Notes: a model not told the origin generated them from the sequence alone. Positions 1 through 11,510 are shown, counted from the first letter of the whole stretch. The stretch: 63,651 bases of DNA, filler included, from Trichomonas gallinae (GCA_008369845.1; 7 parts of 7 records of this genome joined end to end with filler, not necessarily neighbours in it), one strand, 5' to 3'. Numbers and translations are program-made.

Positions 1-698
1 TTGAATGTTGTACTATGTGCTCGAAAACCAAAAATAACACTCTCTCCAGGTGGAATTTCACGATCTACCCACGAGAATGCAATAACTGAATCTTCATCTT
101 TTTTATATTCATTTTCGTTTTTGAAGAATTCAAGTTTGTAAGGATCTTGCGTTTGTGTATCATTCATGCTTCCAAGAAACAAATTGTCAACACTTGGATA
201 GAGTCCTTGATTTACTGTTAAAATTGAAATATATTGACTTCCTTGTGAAATGTGCTGAGTTTTTATACCTCGATTATTTTTTATAATTTCAATTTTTGAT
301 GTATCGCCATTGTAGTTAATGTCACCAAAGACACCAAGATCGATTTTCTTTGGGAAGTATCCTTCATTTGTTACATTAAATTCTATAAATAAGAAGTCTT
401 CATTTTCTTGGTGAGAAGAAAATGCAACTGTAATATTGTTATCATTAGAAATTTTATTTTCTGACTTTTGGAGTAATTTTAGTTGACCCTTTTTCCCGTT
501 TTCAGTGACTTGATATCCAACGAAATAACCTACATGATTAGTTGTTGATACTTCATTAGTCCCTTTTGCATAGATAAGATCGAAACATGCATGTTCATCT
601 GTGGGTTCAGATATATTAACATGGGATCTTCCTTTACTAGATCCACCACTAGGTTTAGATTTTTTTGAGTAAATTGAGTATACCAATAAGTTCAACAT
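1..698 (-). CDS. Bap-like trichomonad surface protein, N-terminal part (runs off the window start; missing from the ORF track)
   Basis: ATG at 698, open to base 1: MLNLLVYSIYSKK...HACFDLIYAKG...HVGYFVGYQV...FLFIEFNVTNEGYFPKKIDLGVFGDINYNGD...DSVIAFSWVDREIPPGESVIFGF. The NxGY(F/Y)xKK(I/V)D(L/I)G motif is shared with the ORF at 33764 and matches my recollection of Trichomonas Bap-like N-termini. Confidence 0.75.
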   Translation of the reverse strand, partial: MLNLLVYSIYSKKSKPSGGSSKGRSHVNISEPTDEHACFDLIYAKGTNEVSTTNHVGYFVGYQVTENGKKGQLKLLQKSENKISNDNNITVAFSSHQENEDFLFIEFNVTNEGYFPKKIDLGVFGDINYNGDTSKIEIIKNNRGIKTQHISQGSQYISILTVNQGLYPSVDNLFLGSMNDTQTQDPYKLEFFKNENEYKKDEDSVIAFSWVDREIPPGESVIFGFRAHSTTF

Positions 699-723
699 TA
701 TTTTAAAAATGTCATTGAGATAG

Positions 724-731
724 AAACCGTC
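724..731 (-). promoter_or_regulatory. Myb-like core promoter element (M3-type) upstream of the Bap-like gene
   Basis: GACGGTTT on the minus strand, 26-33 nt upstream of ATG 698. Fits the reported T. vaginalis M3 consensus DRCSGYTD. Confidence 0.4.
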
Positions 732-2541
732 AATGTCAAAAAAAATCGTTTTTTGATGTATTATTTACTAATACTCAAAATAAGATCGATAATAATACAA
801 ATTCTTGAAATTGGATAAAAATAAAAAATGTTTTTCAAATATCAGTAAGTAAAAATATGTTACATTGCCCTGAATATGTTGAAATTTTTTCAGAGCTCTG
901 AAAATACAGCAATAATTATTTCAAATTCTCTTTTCAAATTAATCCAAAGGAAGCTGATTGGAGAAAAATCATTATATTGTATGGATTATTATGCATTCTG
1001 TAATAACAAATAAATCAGCTGAACGTTATTTTGTAAATTGAAACGTCATTTACATTTTTGAAAGAATAGAAATCTGAATCCGCAACGAAATACTATTTAT
1101 ATTATGTATATAATAATATTATGCCAAATAAAAACATAGACCCAACGTGCTTTTATGTTTTCTGTAAAGCTTCTCATTATTGGGTATTGTCATAGATGTT
1201 TTGCTCGATAATATGGAATAGTTAGACAATTTCCTTATCCTTTCAGCTATAGTATAGTTAATTTTGTTTTCTGCTGCAAATATAATTTTGTTTTGATGAG
1301 TCGTTATTTAAATATTTTGCTCTAAGTACTGAGTTTTTGCGCATATTGATAAATTTAACATAGATTTTCAACTTTTTCATTGTTTATTTCCAGTTGAGAA
1401 ATAATAATTTGGTCAGAAAGAAAAACAACATATAATAATGCTACTGCATGAATTATATATTGCATATAAGTGATTTTGTGCATGTATTCGAAAGACTATA
1501 TATGGTAAACATTCGGCTGCCAAAATAAGGTTATATTCTTGCGATCATTAAACTGTAAAATATTAATTTAATAATCATAACCAATGTTATATCTGATGTG
1601 CTGCATTAAATGCCGCTACACAATCATTTTTTGTCAATAATTAGACCCATAATAACGAATCCGTTTTCCAATGAAACCTATTCATGAAAATGCTTCATAT
1701 GCATTTTCCTAGGCCCGTTGTATCATCTAATTGGAATTAATGATTTCTATAATTCAAAATTTTTAAATGATGATTATGGATTCACAGCCTAAAAAAATCT
1801 CTTATTACACATTGTAGCCATCTATTTTATGTCAAAATACAATACATTTATTGATTAATGTGAAATTTTCATTTGAAAAAGTATTGAACAAAACAAAAAT
1901 CTAATCAGATCATATCTTTCAGATATTTTAATATATCAATTTCATAAATTTGAAGAATATTAATATTATAAATGAGATAATCTTTAGTATGCTTTCATTA
2001 CATGTTTCTCAGTTTTAGTTAAATTAATACTTTGTCTTAAGCCTCATATTATTGTATTGTTATTATCGAATTAACTTTCTTGTAGTAGACATTTGCTGCA
2101 TCAATATTCGTGCGTCAAAATAAGGTTATTATTTTTGAATGGTAAAATTTAGACATTTTTAATTGTTCATAAAGAGCATATAGCAACAATCAGAAATATC
2201 ACTAAAAAGTAACTGAAACATATCAATTATTATTGTGATTTGGAGTTCACAATATAGTGACTAGTGATTTTTTTTTGCAAAACAAAATTATCGAAATTCG
2301 ATTAAAGATTCTTTATGTAAATAATAAATTTCTTTATTTCATTGTTTATATGATTTTTACTGCATTGACGATTATCTAATTTTTATTGCCTTGCATAACT
2401 AAAATTTGCAACTGAAAGTATTGAGGAGTTCCTCGAAAAGTATGAATATTATTATGAAATCATTGACCATATTGCTTACATCAAGTCCTATGACCAAGAA
2501 TCAATTGTTTCAGATTTAATTGAATTAAATTCTAAGAAAAG

Positions 2542-2738
2542 GCTGGAGGTTTGACGCTTTTGTTTTATGCAGCAAGATCAAATAACCTCGAATTATGCAT
2601 ATTATTAATATATCATGGGCTGATATTAAAACAAAGAATCAACTCGGAAGAACTCCTTTATATTTTGCTGCACTTTGTGATAACATTGATTTTATCAATT
2701 TATTAATAAATGCAAAAGGATCGCAAGTTAAGAGATGA
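2542..2738 (+). pseudogene. Ankyrin-repeat gene remnant
   Basis: AGGLTLLFYAARSNNLELCILLIYHG, then a -1 frameshift near 2619, then ADIKTKNQLGRTPLYFAALCDNIDFINLLINAKG...stop. Two ankyrin repeats (GxTPLxxAA...LL..GAD) with no intact ORF. Confidence 0.7.
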
Positions 2739-2975
2739 CAGAAGGTTATACCAGGGATTTTAAAATTCCATCATCATACATGCATTATTTATGAATCCAA
2801 ACTATTTCAAATTATTATATACTTCTAAAGAATTAGTTGATAAAAGATGCAAATTGTTCAGTTAGCCTTTAGTATCTCAAAGTAGGAGTTTGTGAATATT
2901 GAATATCATATACTTAACATATAATAAACAAATGTTTTATATAAACAAACAAATAAATAATATAAAATACAAAAA

Positions 2976-5900
2976 TTATGCTGTTTGAATTAATTCTGTG
3001 GAGCGAATTCTATTGTTTTCTTGCATGGATTTCAATTTGTCAACAAGTCTTTTTTCAAGTTCTGGGCTTTCTCTTCGCAAAATAACATCACGTCTCTCTT
3101 CTGTTGTAAGTGGCGGATCTAATTTATCCATTACCATAACTTTGTCTGCATACGTTGGACCAATGGAATCTGTCTGTTTGGTGGGCTTCAGCGGTTCTTC
3201 TGGTGGTGTTCTGACAATCTCTGTGAATTTAATGTCGTGCTTCATTGAGCGGAAAGGTGAAAGTTCAGGAAGCATTGCTTTAACTCTGTCAACTTCAGAT
3301 GTTGAAAGTCTTGACATTGCTTCTAAGACGAGCATAACTTGCTTGCGCTCGATCTCCTTCCACATCCTCTTATTTGCTTCAAGTCTGGCCATAGATGACT
3401 CTGTGTTCTGAAGAAGGTTAGTGAGATGCTTATATGTAGCTTCATTTGTCGCTGCCTTGAGAGCTTCCTTAGTTGCATCGTGCATTTCTTGGCGCTGTCT
3501 CCTTTCGCGTTTAATGCGCTCTCTTTCACGCTTGGCGATAAGAATCTTCGATGACGCTTCATTAATTGGTGACGTGGAGTTCTTAAGAATAATAAGCTCG
3601 CGCTTGAGTTTCCTGATTTCATCATCACGCTGAGAAATTTCGTTGTAACAGATTTCAATGCGGGATTTAATGTTATCAGCTCTGATTTGTGTTCTCTTTG
3701 TTGTGTCGTTTGCTTTAATGACATCAAGCTTAGTCCTGTGTAATTGCAATGTGAGCTCTGTGATCTTTTGGCGCTGCTGCATGATTGTTTTCTCGCTGCT
3801 TTCATTCTGCGCCATTAATTTCTTGATTTGCTCTCTCAGTCTTTCGATTAATCTCATTGTTTCAGTGTTCTGGCGCTGCTCGATCTTGTGAGCAATCTGC
3901 ATTCCACGAAGAGTGAGATTCTCACTTCTTGTCGTGTTCTGGATTTCTTGTGTTGGCTGAGGAAGAGGTGGAATAACAAGCGGTCTCTTTATAGCTTTCA
4001 TCTGATTGTCCTGACTTTGGTTGACCATCAAGGTGATTCTGATGGGTTCAGGAGGATTTTGTTCCAGTGTCTTATCAATAACGATGCCAGGAAGTGGTGG
4101 AATAGGCCTGTGAACTTGCTGGCTGCGTGATGAGAATTGACCAATTGCTGTCTGTGGACGGTTGTTTTGTTTCGGTGGCTCAACGCTGACTTGTGGGAAT
4201 TTCAAGTTGCTCGTTACAACAGGTAGCTCACCTTCAGGACGAGTTGCACTTGCAACAACAGCTGCTGTTGTATCAGAGATCTTAGTTGTTGGTCTGATTT
4301 GCTGAGAAACACCAGTAACCTGCCGCTTGCCTTGAACTGCATTGTTAATTGTCAGATCCAAATCTTGTGTTGATGGAATCGATGCAACAGTTGTTGTTGT
4401 ATGCCTCTTAACTTGCATTCTCTTGCTTGTTTGTGTCTGTGGTCTTTCGTTCAGATTTATTTTCTTCTTCTTGTTCAAGAAATTCAGTGGATTGTGGACT
4501 AAGTGTGGGGCATTATCTCCGAGCGTCGAGAAATTGTCTTTTTGGATGTTAATCAAAACAGGATTGTCATCGTAACCATCATATATTTCTTCATAGATGC
4601 TGCTGTCTCTGAATAAATAATCTTTTGATGCGAAAGCAGATGTATTCTGCTTGCTGCTGTCTTCTTCATCTGTTGTATTTGTTTTTGTATCCGAAAGATC
4701 AATTGGTTGTTGTTCTGGTTCTGGTGGTTTCTCTTCAACTTTTTCTTCTTCCTCTTTAGCAGGCTCTTCGACTGGTTTTGGAGAAGGTACGTCTTGCACT
4801 GGAGCTTTAACCGGCTCTTCGACAATTGGCTTGATTTGTTCTTTCTCTGGCTTAACATTTGATTTTCTTGATGGCTGTTCTGGAATTGGAATAGAAACAG
4901 GCTTTGTTTCTTGTATTATTTTAGCTTTGATGTCTTTGCTTGAGCTCCTATTAGATGTGTTTTGCTGAGGGAGTGGATTTTGTTTAGCCCTCATTGCGAG
5001 TTGAATGTTGAGTTCTTCAATTTGCATCTTCAATTGTCTTATCTCACTTCTTGCGTTGAATAATTCATCTTCTAGTTTCGCGTTTGCTTGAAGTAGAACA
5101 GCATGATTCGCTGTGGCTTCTTCCAATTGTTTTCTTTGATTATCATTAACAATTTGATCTGCATTTAGTTGTTCCTTTAAGTGCTCAATGTCCGCATCTT
5201 TGAACATTATTGATGAAGTATTTGATCGTTTGAAATCATCATTATCATCAATCAAATCAGATATTTGTATCTGGAGCTTCTTTTCACGCTCATGTGCTCT
5301 TGCGAGTTCATCTTCGAGATCAGAAACTTTGTTCGTCAGCATTGACTTTTCTGCATTCACTGCATCGAGGAGAGAAACCATGTTGAGCATGTGTTTCTTG
5401 AACTGATCTTTGGCTTGTTCTGGTGTCGATCCTTCGCCTGCTGCCATTGCTTCTCTGAGATTGGCCAGTTGTGCTTGGGAAAGAGACTGTTCTGCATCTT
5501 TTTGCTCTTTAAGTTCGTCAACTCTTTGCTGCAATTGATTAATTTTCTGTTGTAATGTTTCATTTTCGAGTTTAACATTCTTGAGTGATTTTCTTAAATC
5601 ATCTCTTTGTATTCTCAATCTTTTAGCTTCTGATGAACTTTCGTGCTCGCGAATTTGTCCGGTTTCATCTTTATTAAGACCTGAAATAAATATTTGCACA
5701 TCATTGGTGAGTTTGTCAAGTGCTGGTTTTGTCATTAGTTCGTCATTCTTCACTTGTTTGATTGATTGTGAAATAGTTGCCATCAAAACTTCATATTTAG
5801 TTGATTCTTCTTCTGTTTTAACAAGCTTGAGGCTGTCAACAATCGACAAAGAGTTTTCTAATTTGTGGAGATGATTCATTTGGTTCATTTTGTCTGATGC

Positions 5901-8900
5901 ATTCGGATCATCTTGTTGCTGTTGTATTGCGTTGATGATTTCTGCTTGGAACTTAACTTCACTTTTAACTGCCTGAACTTTTACGCTATTTAAGTCAGCC
6001 ATCGCTCTATCATATCGTTGTCTCATCAAAGAAACGCATTTAATTAAAGATTGACCAAGTCCAATGACTCTTATTAAGTTCGTATGCAAATCATCATGCT
6101 CATTTTTAGCTGATTTGATTGATTCCATGAATGAGAAGTGAGCATCATCAGTATAACCAGCAGCAGTGATATATGCATAATAAGCATTTGTATCATTACC
6201 AATTTTCTCGACAACATCATTATCATCGTCGCCATACATCTTTAATTCGCGTATTTGTGTCTGAAGTAATTTGATTGATGCGCCAAATGGATCTTCATTA
6301 ATATCAACATCAGGTAGATTAACATTTTGGATATGATCATAGGCAGATCTGCGCTTCCTTGATGTTGTTTTTCTACTAGATTTAGCAGTTTCTCCTTCCT
6401 CTTCTTCGTTTTCTAAAAGTGGTGATTCTTCATATTCACTTTCTTCTTCAACTAATTGTGGTGTTGATTTATCAGGAGTCAAAGTTAGATAAGATTTTCC
6501 ATCCAACAAATCTTGAGAAAGTGTTGGAATTCCAAGATTCTCATTTGTATATGATCTTAATGGTCTTGGATTAAGTACAGAGAATTTAGGCTTTGCTAGA
6601 TCATCTAATGTATGATCTTTGAGCAATATCATTGATGGCTTTTCAGCGAGTTGTCTTTGAGCGTTATCTAAATCTTGCTTCAACTTCTTGTTGATTACTT
6701 TTTCTCTGTCGAATGCGGTGACTTTGATGGAATCGAGGAATTTAGGATTATAGTGATGACCAAGCTGAACCTCGAATGATATCATTTCCATTTCAAGCTG
6801 CCTTCTTGCGAATCCAATGTCTTTTGTAGCAATTTCCATATGGACTAGCTGCATATTTATGTGTTTTCCATTTTCGTGGTCTTTCTCGACATAACTGACA
6901 ATTGGTTCAAGTCTGCAGTGATGAACAGGAAGTGATTCACGAAGATCTATATGATGAACATTGCTAAAGATTTCTGCATTTTCAAATGTGAAACCTTTGG
7001 CCAAATATTTCTCGCCGACAAATGTCATGACGATTCTGAGCTCTTCCTGTCTTGCACTGACATGGAATGAGTCTGGACCAGAAGGTATAGAAAGATTTGC
7101 AAGCTGTTCTTGTTCTTCTTGCGACATTGCATCGGAAATCATTAATCTTGGAACATGACTGAATATTAACGGAGCTGTCTGTGTTTCAGTATCATAATAA
7201 TCAATGATTTCATATTCATCTTCTTCGACTAAAATTTCTTCCTCTTCTTCATGTTTCTGTTCTTCTTCTTCATGCTCTGGTGATTCCTCAGTTTTTTCTT
7301 CTTCCTCAGCTTTCTTTGGCTCTTCTTCAACTTTCTCTTCGACTTTTACTGGTTCTTTTTCTTCATCTTTTGGTGGTTCTTCAATTTTAGGAGGTTCTTC
7401 TTCCTTCTTTTCTTCAACCTTAGAAGGCTCTTCGATAGGTTTTGGTTGTTTTTCAACCTTTTTCACTGGTTTTTCTTCTTTGATTGTTTCCATTGGTGGT
7501 GGAGATTCTGACTTGTGTTTAGGTATCTTGATGACTGGTTCTGATTTGATTTTAACTGTTCTTGAACGCTTTCTGCTTGGTGTATGAGTATAAGTGATTG
7601 GCTCTGGAGCGTTTTTGATTACAAAGTTGTCAAGTTTTTGATATTGAGATGCATGTTCGTTAATAATGTTAAGATATTGAACCTTGTTTTGTAATGAAAG
7701 CTCGATCTGTCGTTTTGGTACTTCTTTAGTTGGTAATATTCCTGGTGGAATTGGAACTTCTTTCTCTTTGCCATCATCATCTTTAACAACAACATTTTCA
7801 ACATGAAGCAAAACTTCATCTTTGCTGTAGTCGAATTTCCTATAATCTGTAGCAGTACCAACATCAACAGCATTAATTACTGCATTGGCGAAAACTTTCT
7901 GGCTGTTGAATGACAATGATTGCGGAACTTTCTTGATATTACTTAATTCTGAAAGGTCTTTAATCATTTTATCACGTTCTTGCAATTCAGCCAAATGCTT
8001 TTCATTCATTTCGTCAATTAGCTTCTTGAGTTTTTCTTGGTCACCGTTTGCCATGCTTCTGAACATTTCGAGCTCAGCCTTCATGTCATCGATTGTCTTT
8101 TCACCGCTGCCTTGCTGAAGTTTAAGCTCAGCTATGTTTTGTCTAAGTTCGATGATTTTGTCTGTCAATGATTTAGTTTTTTCTTTGACTTCAGTAATTG
8201 ACACCATCGGAGTTTCATCGACATCATCAATTTTCAGCAATTTCTCATTCATGTGCTCGAAGAAATTTGTTGTTGATTCTATCATTCTGGCAACTTTTTC
8301 TGCTGACTCTTTATTGCCTTGTTGGTTAATCATATCTTGAAGATCGATGAGTTTATCTCTGACGTCTTGTTGAACGTTTGCAGCGAGTTTTACCATTTCT
8401 CGCTCATAGTATTTTCGCTGCTTATCGAGTTCCCATGCGTTCTGATTTTCCATTTCTTCGCGAGCAACTCTTAATTTCTCTGTATATTTGGAGAACTCAA
8501 GATTCGATCCTGTGCTTCTTTGAATTGAGATTTCTGGCTTTTCTAAATCGGCTGCTTTTTCTGTAATCCCGAAAACATTTTTATCTACACCAGTTTTTGC
8601 GCAGTATTCTTCGATATGATTATTTATTGCTGTAATTGTTTCACTGTCTTGTTTATGAGCTGTTTCAAGCATTGTCACTCTCTTTTGCAGTTTTTCAATC
8701 TTTTCGCCAGCATCTTGTTCAATCTTTCTGACTTCCAAGTTGAACTTTTCTTCAAAATCGAGTTCTAATATTTGTCTGTCGTGTTTCAGTGATTCTATAG
8801 CAATATTCATTTCATCTTGATGATTCTCATTAATTCCTTTGATTCTGTGCTCATATTGTCGTGTCAACAATGAAATCTTCGAGGCCATGTTTTTCATCAA

Positions 8901-10358
8901 TTTTTCTTTATTCTCTTCATTTTCTTGTTGTAATGTTTCGATTCTTTTCTCGTATTCAGCTTGAATTGATGTCAATAACTTCTGCTGGTCGCCTGTTGTC
9001 ATTGTAGCAAGTAACTGTCGCCTCTCTTCCATGTATCTCTCGCGCTGTGAATCAAGTTGTCTTCGAATTTCGTCCGAAAATTCTTGTTGCAGTTTTTTAA
9101 TTTCTTGTTGTTGCTGAAGCTGCATCAAAGCTTTTTCTTCGTCGAACTGCTTCTGAGATACACCTCTGAATTCAGGAACAGTTTGAGTTCTGTGGCTTTC
9201 AATTGCTAAGATTTTCAGCTGTTTTTGGAGATTTGCGTTTAGATCGAAAATTTCTTGATCTTTTCTTTTCACTTTTTCGAGCAAGATGTTATATTTAGTT
9301 TCATCATCTTTTATTTTATCATCACGCTCAGATATTTGTGCTTTTAATTCATCCATTTTCTTGTTATACATGTTTTCCATTTCTTCGGTGACTAATTTCA
9401 TGTTGTTGATGTTATTGTTCAATTCGAGCAACTCACGTGAATTAGATCTTGATGGCTGTTGTTGCTGCTGAGTTTGAGCTGCAACTCTTTTTAATTCTGA
9501 TTCTTGTAATGATTTTTTAAGTTGATCGATTTGAGTTTTCATTTCTTGATTTTGCTTTATTTGAGCTTCAAACTGCTCTTTTAGACGTGCTGCTTCCTTC
9601 TTTGCATCGGCTTCTTGTTTTTTCTTGATTTTTCGTCTTTCGGCAGCTGCATTTTGTTCATCAATTGTTGCCTTTAGCTTTGCAATGTTTTCGTTTTTGG
9701 ATGCTATGACACGTTTAAGTGCACCAATCTGTTTAAACATAAAATCTGATATATCATTATGCAATAAAGCGACTTTTTCTGATTTATCAGTAACTTCCGA
9801 AACAACACGTTCTAAATCGTGTATTACATCATCTACATTTGGTACTTCCGTTAGATCAATTTTCAAATCAGATTTATTATCGAGTTGAGCAAACCAACCT
9901 TTAAGAGTTTCGATGAGAACCTTCTCTGAGTCCGTAAGGTCTTTCATTTGACTGATTAAATCTAACACGCTTGTTTTTGATTCTGTTAAAATCATTGTTT
10001 CATCGAATGCTTCGACTCCATTTTCTCTCTCATAAACCTGCATCATGTGCATAAGCGTTTCCTGATCAATATCATCGAACTTGCTTATTAAAGATTGAAT
10101 TTTTCCGGAAGTATCTTGTAATTCGCTTACTGTAAGAGTCCTTTTGAGTTCGTCAGCTTCGTTCACTGTAAAGTCTCTACCTTTTACACTTTCTATATCT
10201 GCCCAAAGTTGTTTTGCTTTCGACTCATTCAAGTAATTTCCGTTAGGTAGCTCAGATTCTTGAATTTTCACATGAGGAGTTCGTGTAGTAGCTGTTAGCG
10301 GTCTTATCTTAGAAAGTCCAACGCGGGAAGATCCTCTAAATCCCCCAGCATTCGACAT
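2976..10358 (-). CDS. Giant coiled-coil protein with internal Glu/Pro/Lys-rich low-complexity segments (probably cytoskeletal/structural)
   Basis: 2460-aa uninterrupted ORF with long E/K/Q/L heptad-rich tracts and EEPPK-type acidic stretches. No catalytic motif recognised. Confidence 0.85.
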   Translation of the reverse strand: MSNAGGFRGSSRVGLSKIRPLTATTRTPHVKIQESELPNGNYLNESKAKQLWADIESVKGRDFTVNEADELKRTLTVSELQDTSGKIQSLISKFDDIDQETLMHMMQVYERENGVEAFDETMILTESKTSVLDLISQMKDLTDSEKVLIETLKGWFAQLDNKSDLKIDLTEVPNVDDVIHDLERVVSEVTDKSEKVALLHNDISDFMFKQIGALKRVIASKNENIAKLKATIDEQNAAAERRKIKKKQEADAKKEAARLKEQFEAQIKQNQEMKTQIDQLKKSLQESELKRVAAQTQQQQQPSRSNSRELLELNNNINNMKLVTEEMENMYNKKMDELKAQISERDDKIKDDETKYNILLEKVKRKDQEIFDLNANLQKQLKILAIESHRTQTVPEFRGVSQKQFDEEKALMQLQQQQEIKKLQQEFSDEIRRQLDSQRERYMEERRQLLATMTTGDQQKLLTSIQAEYEKRIETLQQENEENKEKLMKNMASKISLLTRQYEHRIKGINENHQDEMNIAIESLKHDRQILELDFEEKFNLEVRKIEQDAGEKIEKLQKRVTMLETAHKQDSETITAINNHIEEYCAKTGVDKNVFGITEKAADLEKPEISIQRSTGSNLEFSKYTEKLRVAREEMENQNAWELDKQRKYYEREMVKLAANVQQDVRDKLIDLQDMINQQGNKESAEKVARMIESTTNFFEHMNEKLLKIDDVDETPMVSITEVKEKTKSLTDKIIELRQNIAELKLQQGSGEKTIDDMKAELEMFRSMANGDQEKLKKLIDEMNEKHLAELQERDKMIKDLSELSNIKKVPQSLSFNSQKVFANAVINAVDVGTATDYRKFDYSKDEVLLHVENVVVKDDDGKEKEVPIPPGILPTKEVPKRQIELSLQNKVQYLNIINEHASQYQKLDNFVIKNAPEPITYTHTPSRKRSRTVKIKSEPVIKIPKHKSESPPPMETIKEEKPVKKVEKQPKPIEEPSKVEEKKEEEPPKIEEPPKDEEKEPVKVEEKVEEEPKKAEEEEKTEESPEHEEEEQKHEEEEEILVEEDEYEIIDYYDTETQTAPLIFSHVPRLMISDAMSQEEQEQLANLSIPSGPDSFHVSARQEELRIVMTFVGEKYLAKGFTFENAEIFSNVHHIDLRESLPVHHCRLEPIVSYVEKDHENGKHINMQLVHMEIATKDIGFARRQLEMEMISFEVQLGHHYNPKFLDSIKVTAFDREKVINKKLKQDLDNAQRQLAEKPSMILLKDHTLDDLAKPKFSVLNPRPLRSYTNENLGIPTLSQDLLDGKSYLTLTPDKSTPQLVEEESEYEESPLLENEEEEGETAKSSRKTTSRKRRSAYDHIQNVNLPDVDINEDPFGASIKLLQTQIRELKMYGDDDNDVVEKIGNDTNAYYAYITAAGYTDDAHFSFMESIKSAKNEHDDLHTNLIRVIGLGQSLIKCVSLMRQRYDRAMADLNSVKVQAVKSEVKFQAEIINAIQQQQDDPNASDKMNQMNHLHKLENSLSIVDSLKLVKTEEESTKYEVLMATISQSIKQVKNDELMTKPALDKLTNDVQIFISGLNKDETGQIREHESSSEAKRLRIQRDDLRKSLKNVKLENETLQQKINQLQQRVDELKEQKDAEQSLSQAQLANLREAMAAGEGSTPEQAKDQFKKHMLNMVSLLDAVNAEKSMLTNKVSDLEDELARAHEREKKLQIQISDLIDDNDDFKRSNTSSIMFKDADIEHLKEQLNADQIVNDNQRKQLEEATANHAVLLQANAKLEDELFNARSEIRQLKMQIEELNIQLAMRAKQNPLPQQNTSNRSSSKDIKAKIIQETKPVSIPIPEQPSRKSNVKPEKEQIKPIVEEPVKAPVQDVPSPKPVEEPAKEEEEKVEEKPPEPEQQPIDLSDTKTNTTDEEDSSKQNTSAFASKDYLFRDSSIYEEIYDGYDDNPVLINIQKDNFSTLGDNAPHLVHNPLNFLNKKKKINLNERPQTQTSKRMQVKRHTTTTVASIPSTQDLDLTINNAVQGKRQVTGVSQQIRPTTKISDTTAAVVASATRPEGELPVVTSNLKFPQVSVEPPKQNNRPQTAIGQFSSRSQQVHRPIPPLPGIVIDKTLEQNPPEPIRITLMVNQSQDNQMKAIKRPLVIPPLPQPTQEIQNTTRSENLTLRGMQIAHKIEQRQNTETMRLIERLREQIKKLMAQNESSEKTIMQQRQKITELTLQLHRTKLDVIKANDTTKRTQIRADNIKSRIEICYNEISQRDDEIRKLKRELIILKNSTSPINEASSKILIAKRERERIKRERRQRQEMHDATKEALKAATNEATYKHLTNLLQNTESSMARLEANKRMWKEIERKQVMLVLEAMSRLSTSEVDRVKAMLPELSPFRSMKHDIKFTEIVRTPPEEPLKPTKQTDSIGPTYADKVMVMDKLDPPLTTEERRDVILRRESPELEKRLVDKLKSMQENNRIRSTELIQTA

Positions 10359-10468
10359 TTTCTAAGATAAAATTTTAAAGAACGTTTTTTATTAAGGGTT
10401 GAAATTCTGAAGTTTACAATTTCAACAAAAAACGCTTATATTTCCTCAATGGATCAAGTTCAGAAGCC

Positions 10469-10568
10469 NNNNNNNNNNNNNNNNNNNNNNNNNNNNNNNN
10501 NNNNNNNNNNNNTTAATTAATTAANNNNNNNNNNNNNNNNNNNNNNNNNNNNNNNNNNNNNNNNNNNN
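10469..10568. other. Artificial contig linker (N44-TTAATTAATTAA-N44, stops in all six frames)
   Basis: The identical 100-bp structure occurs six times in the window. Confidence 0.97.
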
Positions 10569-10698
10569 TTTGTAAACTTTACAACGGAAAAAATTTTGCA
10601 TTTTTGCACCTATTTTTGATCAAGATTTTGCAAAAAATTTGAAAAAAATAACATCGCGATGTTTTTTTTTAATTGTCAGATACATCTTTTTTGAACTA

Positions 10699-10755
10699 TT
10701 TACACGTCAAAAAATATTATGTCAAAAAATAATTTACATGTCAAAAATCAGATTT
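10699..10755 (+). promoter_or_regulatory. Putative promoter: TTTACACGTCA and TTTACATGTCA motifs plus an initiator-like TCAG before ATG 10760
   Basis: TTTACACGTCAAAA at 10699, ATGTCAAAA in between, TTTACATGTCAAAAA at 10733. The motif recurs in other intergenic regions. Confidence 0.45.
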
Positions 10756-10759
10756 CTGA

Positions 10760-11422
10760 ATGTTTTCATTTCTGATTTGTTTTTCTGTGGGTGAAACTAC
10801 ACAAGAAGTTTTCAAACAAGTATTTAACGACAATATTATCAAAATAGAAGTCAGTGGATCATCAAAACAAAGAATAAATGGCTCTATGCAGATGACTAAA
10901 CCAGAATACGCTATTTATCCATGGAGTAAACGCTATGATTGGTGCTCGAACTGCGGAAAAACATATAACGATCACCCATGGATCACTTTCTCTTTAGATA
11001 AGCGCAAAATTAAATTTTCCGGTTATTACCTAAAAGCTGGATGCTGTGACTACAATGGATGCTGCTGCGAAGACTATGGCTATTGTATCGATTGCTGCTT
11101 ATACAGCTGGTCTTTACAAGTCTCAGAAGATAATAATACTTGGACAACAGTCCACAAGGTAGAAAAAGACTCGGAAATGAGGAGATGCAACGAAAAAACA
11201 TACAAATTCGACAAAGAATACATAACTTCATATATTAGACTAATTCAAGACGAGCATTGCCCAGGATGGCCTCCATGCCTCGCAATTAACCAGATTGAGT
11301 TCCATGGTTTTGCTCTAGGCAATGATGGATCCGAAGAATTCATATCTTTCCACGATGATGACGATGATGTTTCAATTATTGGACATATATCGAAAAATGG
11401 AAATGTTAAATATAACCAATAA
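10760..11422 (+). CDS. Cys-rich F5/8 type C (discoidin/galactose-binding-like) domain protein, probably secreted
   Basis: 220 aa with a short hydrophobic N-terminus, WCSNC, HPWITFSL, GYYLKAGCC, YSWSLQVSEDNNTWTTVH, YIRLIQ, INQIEFHG and an acidic DDDDVSIIG tail. Paralogue of 12642. Confidence 0.75.
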   Translation: MFSFLICFSVGETTQEVFKQVFNDNIIKIEVSGSSKQRINGSMQMTKPEYAIYPWSKRYDWCSNCGKTYNDHPWITFSLDKRKIKFSGYYLKAGCCDYNGCCCEDYGYCIDCCLYSWSLQVSEDNNTWTTVHKVEKDSEMRRCNEKTYKFDKEYITSYIRLIQDEHCPGWPPCLAINQIEFHGFALGNDGSEEFISFHDDDDDVSIIGHISKNGNVKYNQ

Positions 11423-11510
11423 TAAAACCGTGTTTTTTTTAATTGTAAAATGGTAATATATTTTATTATGCTTTAAAACAAGAACTAAATTTATATAATT
11501 TTATTGTGCT

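Noticed and set aside
2998..9888. Many short plus-strand and alternate-frame ORFs inside the giant coiled-coil gene, and similar ones inside the BEACH, cyclase, ArsB-like and 61609 genes
   Set aside because: These are antisense or frame shadows of biased coding sequence (Ser/Phe/Leu-rich), often with non-ATG starts and no domain motifs.
10449..10468. ATGGATCAAGTTCAGAAGCC, a possible start of a divergent gene
   Set aside because: Only six codons before the contig ends, so it cannot be supported.
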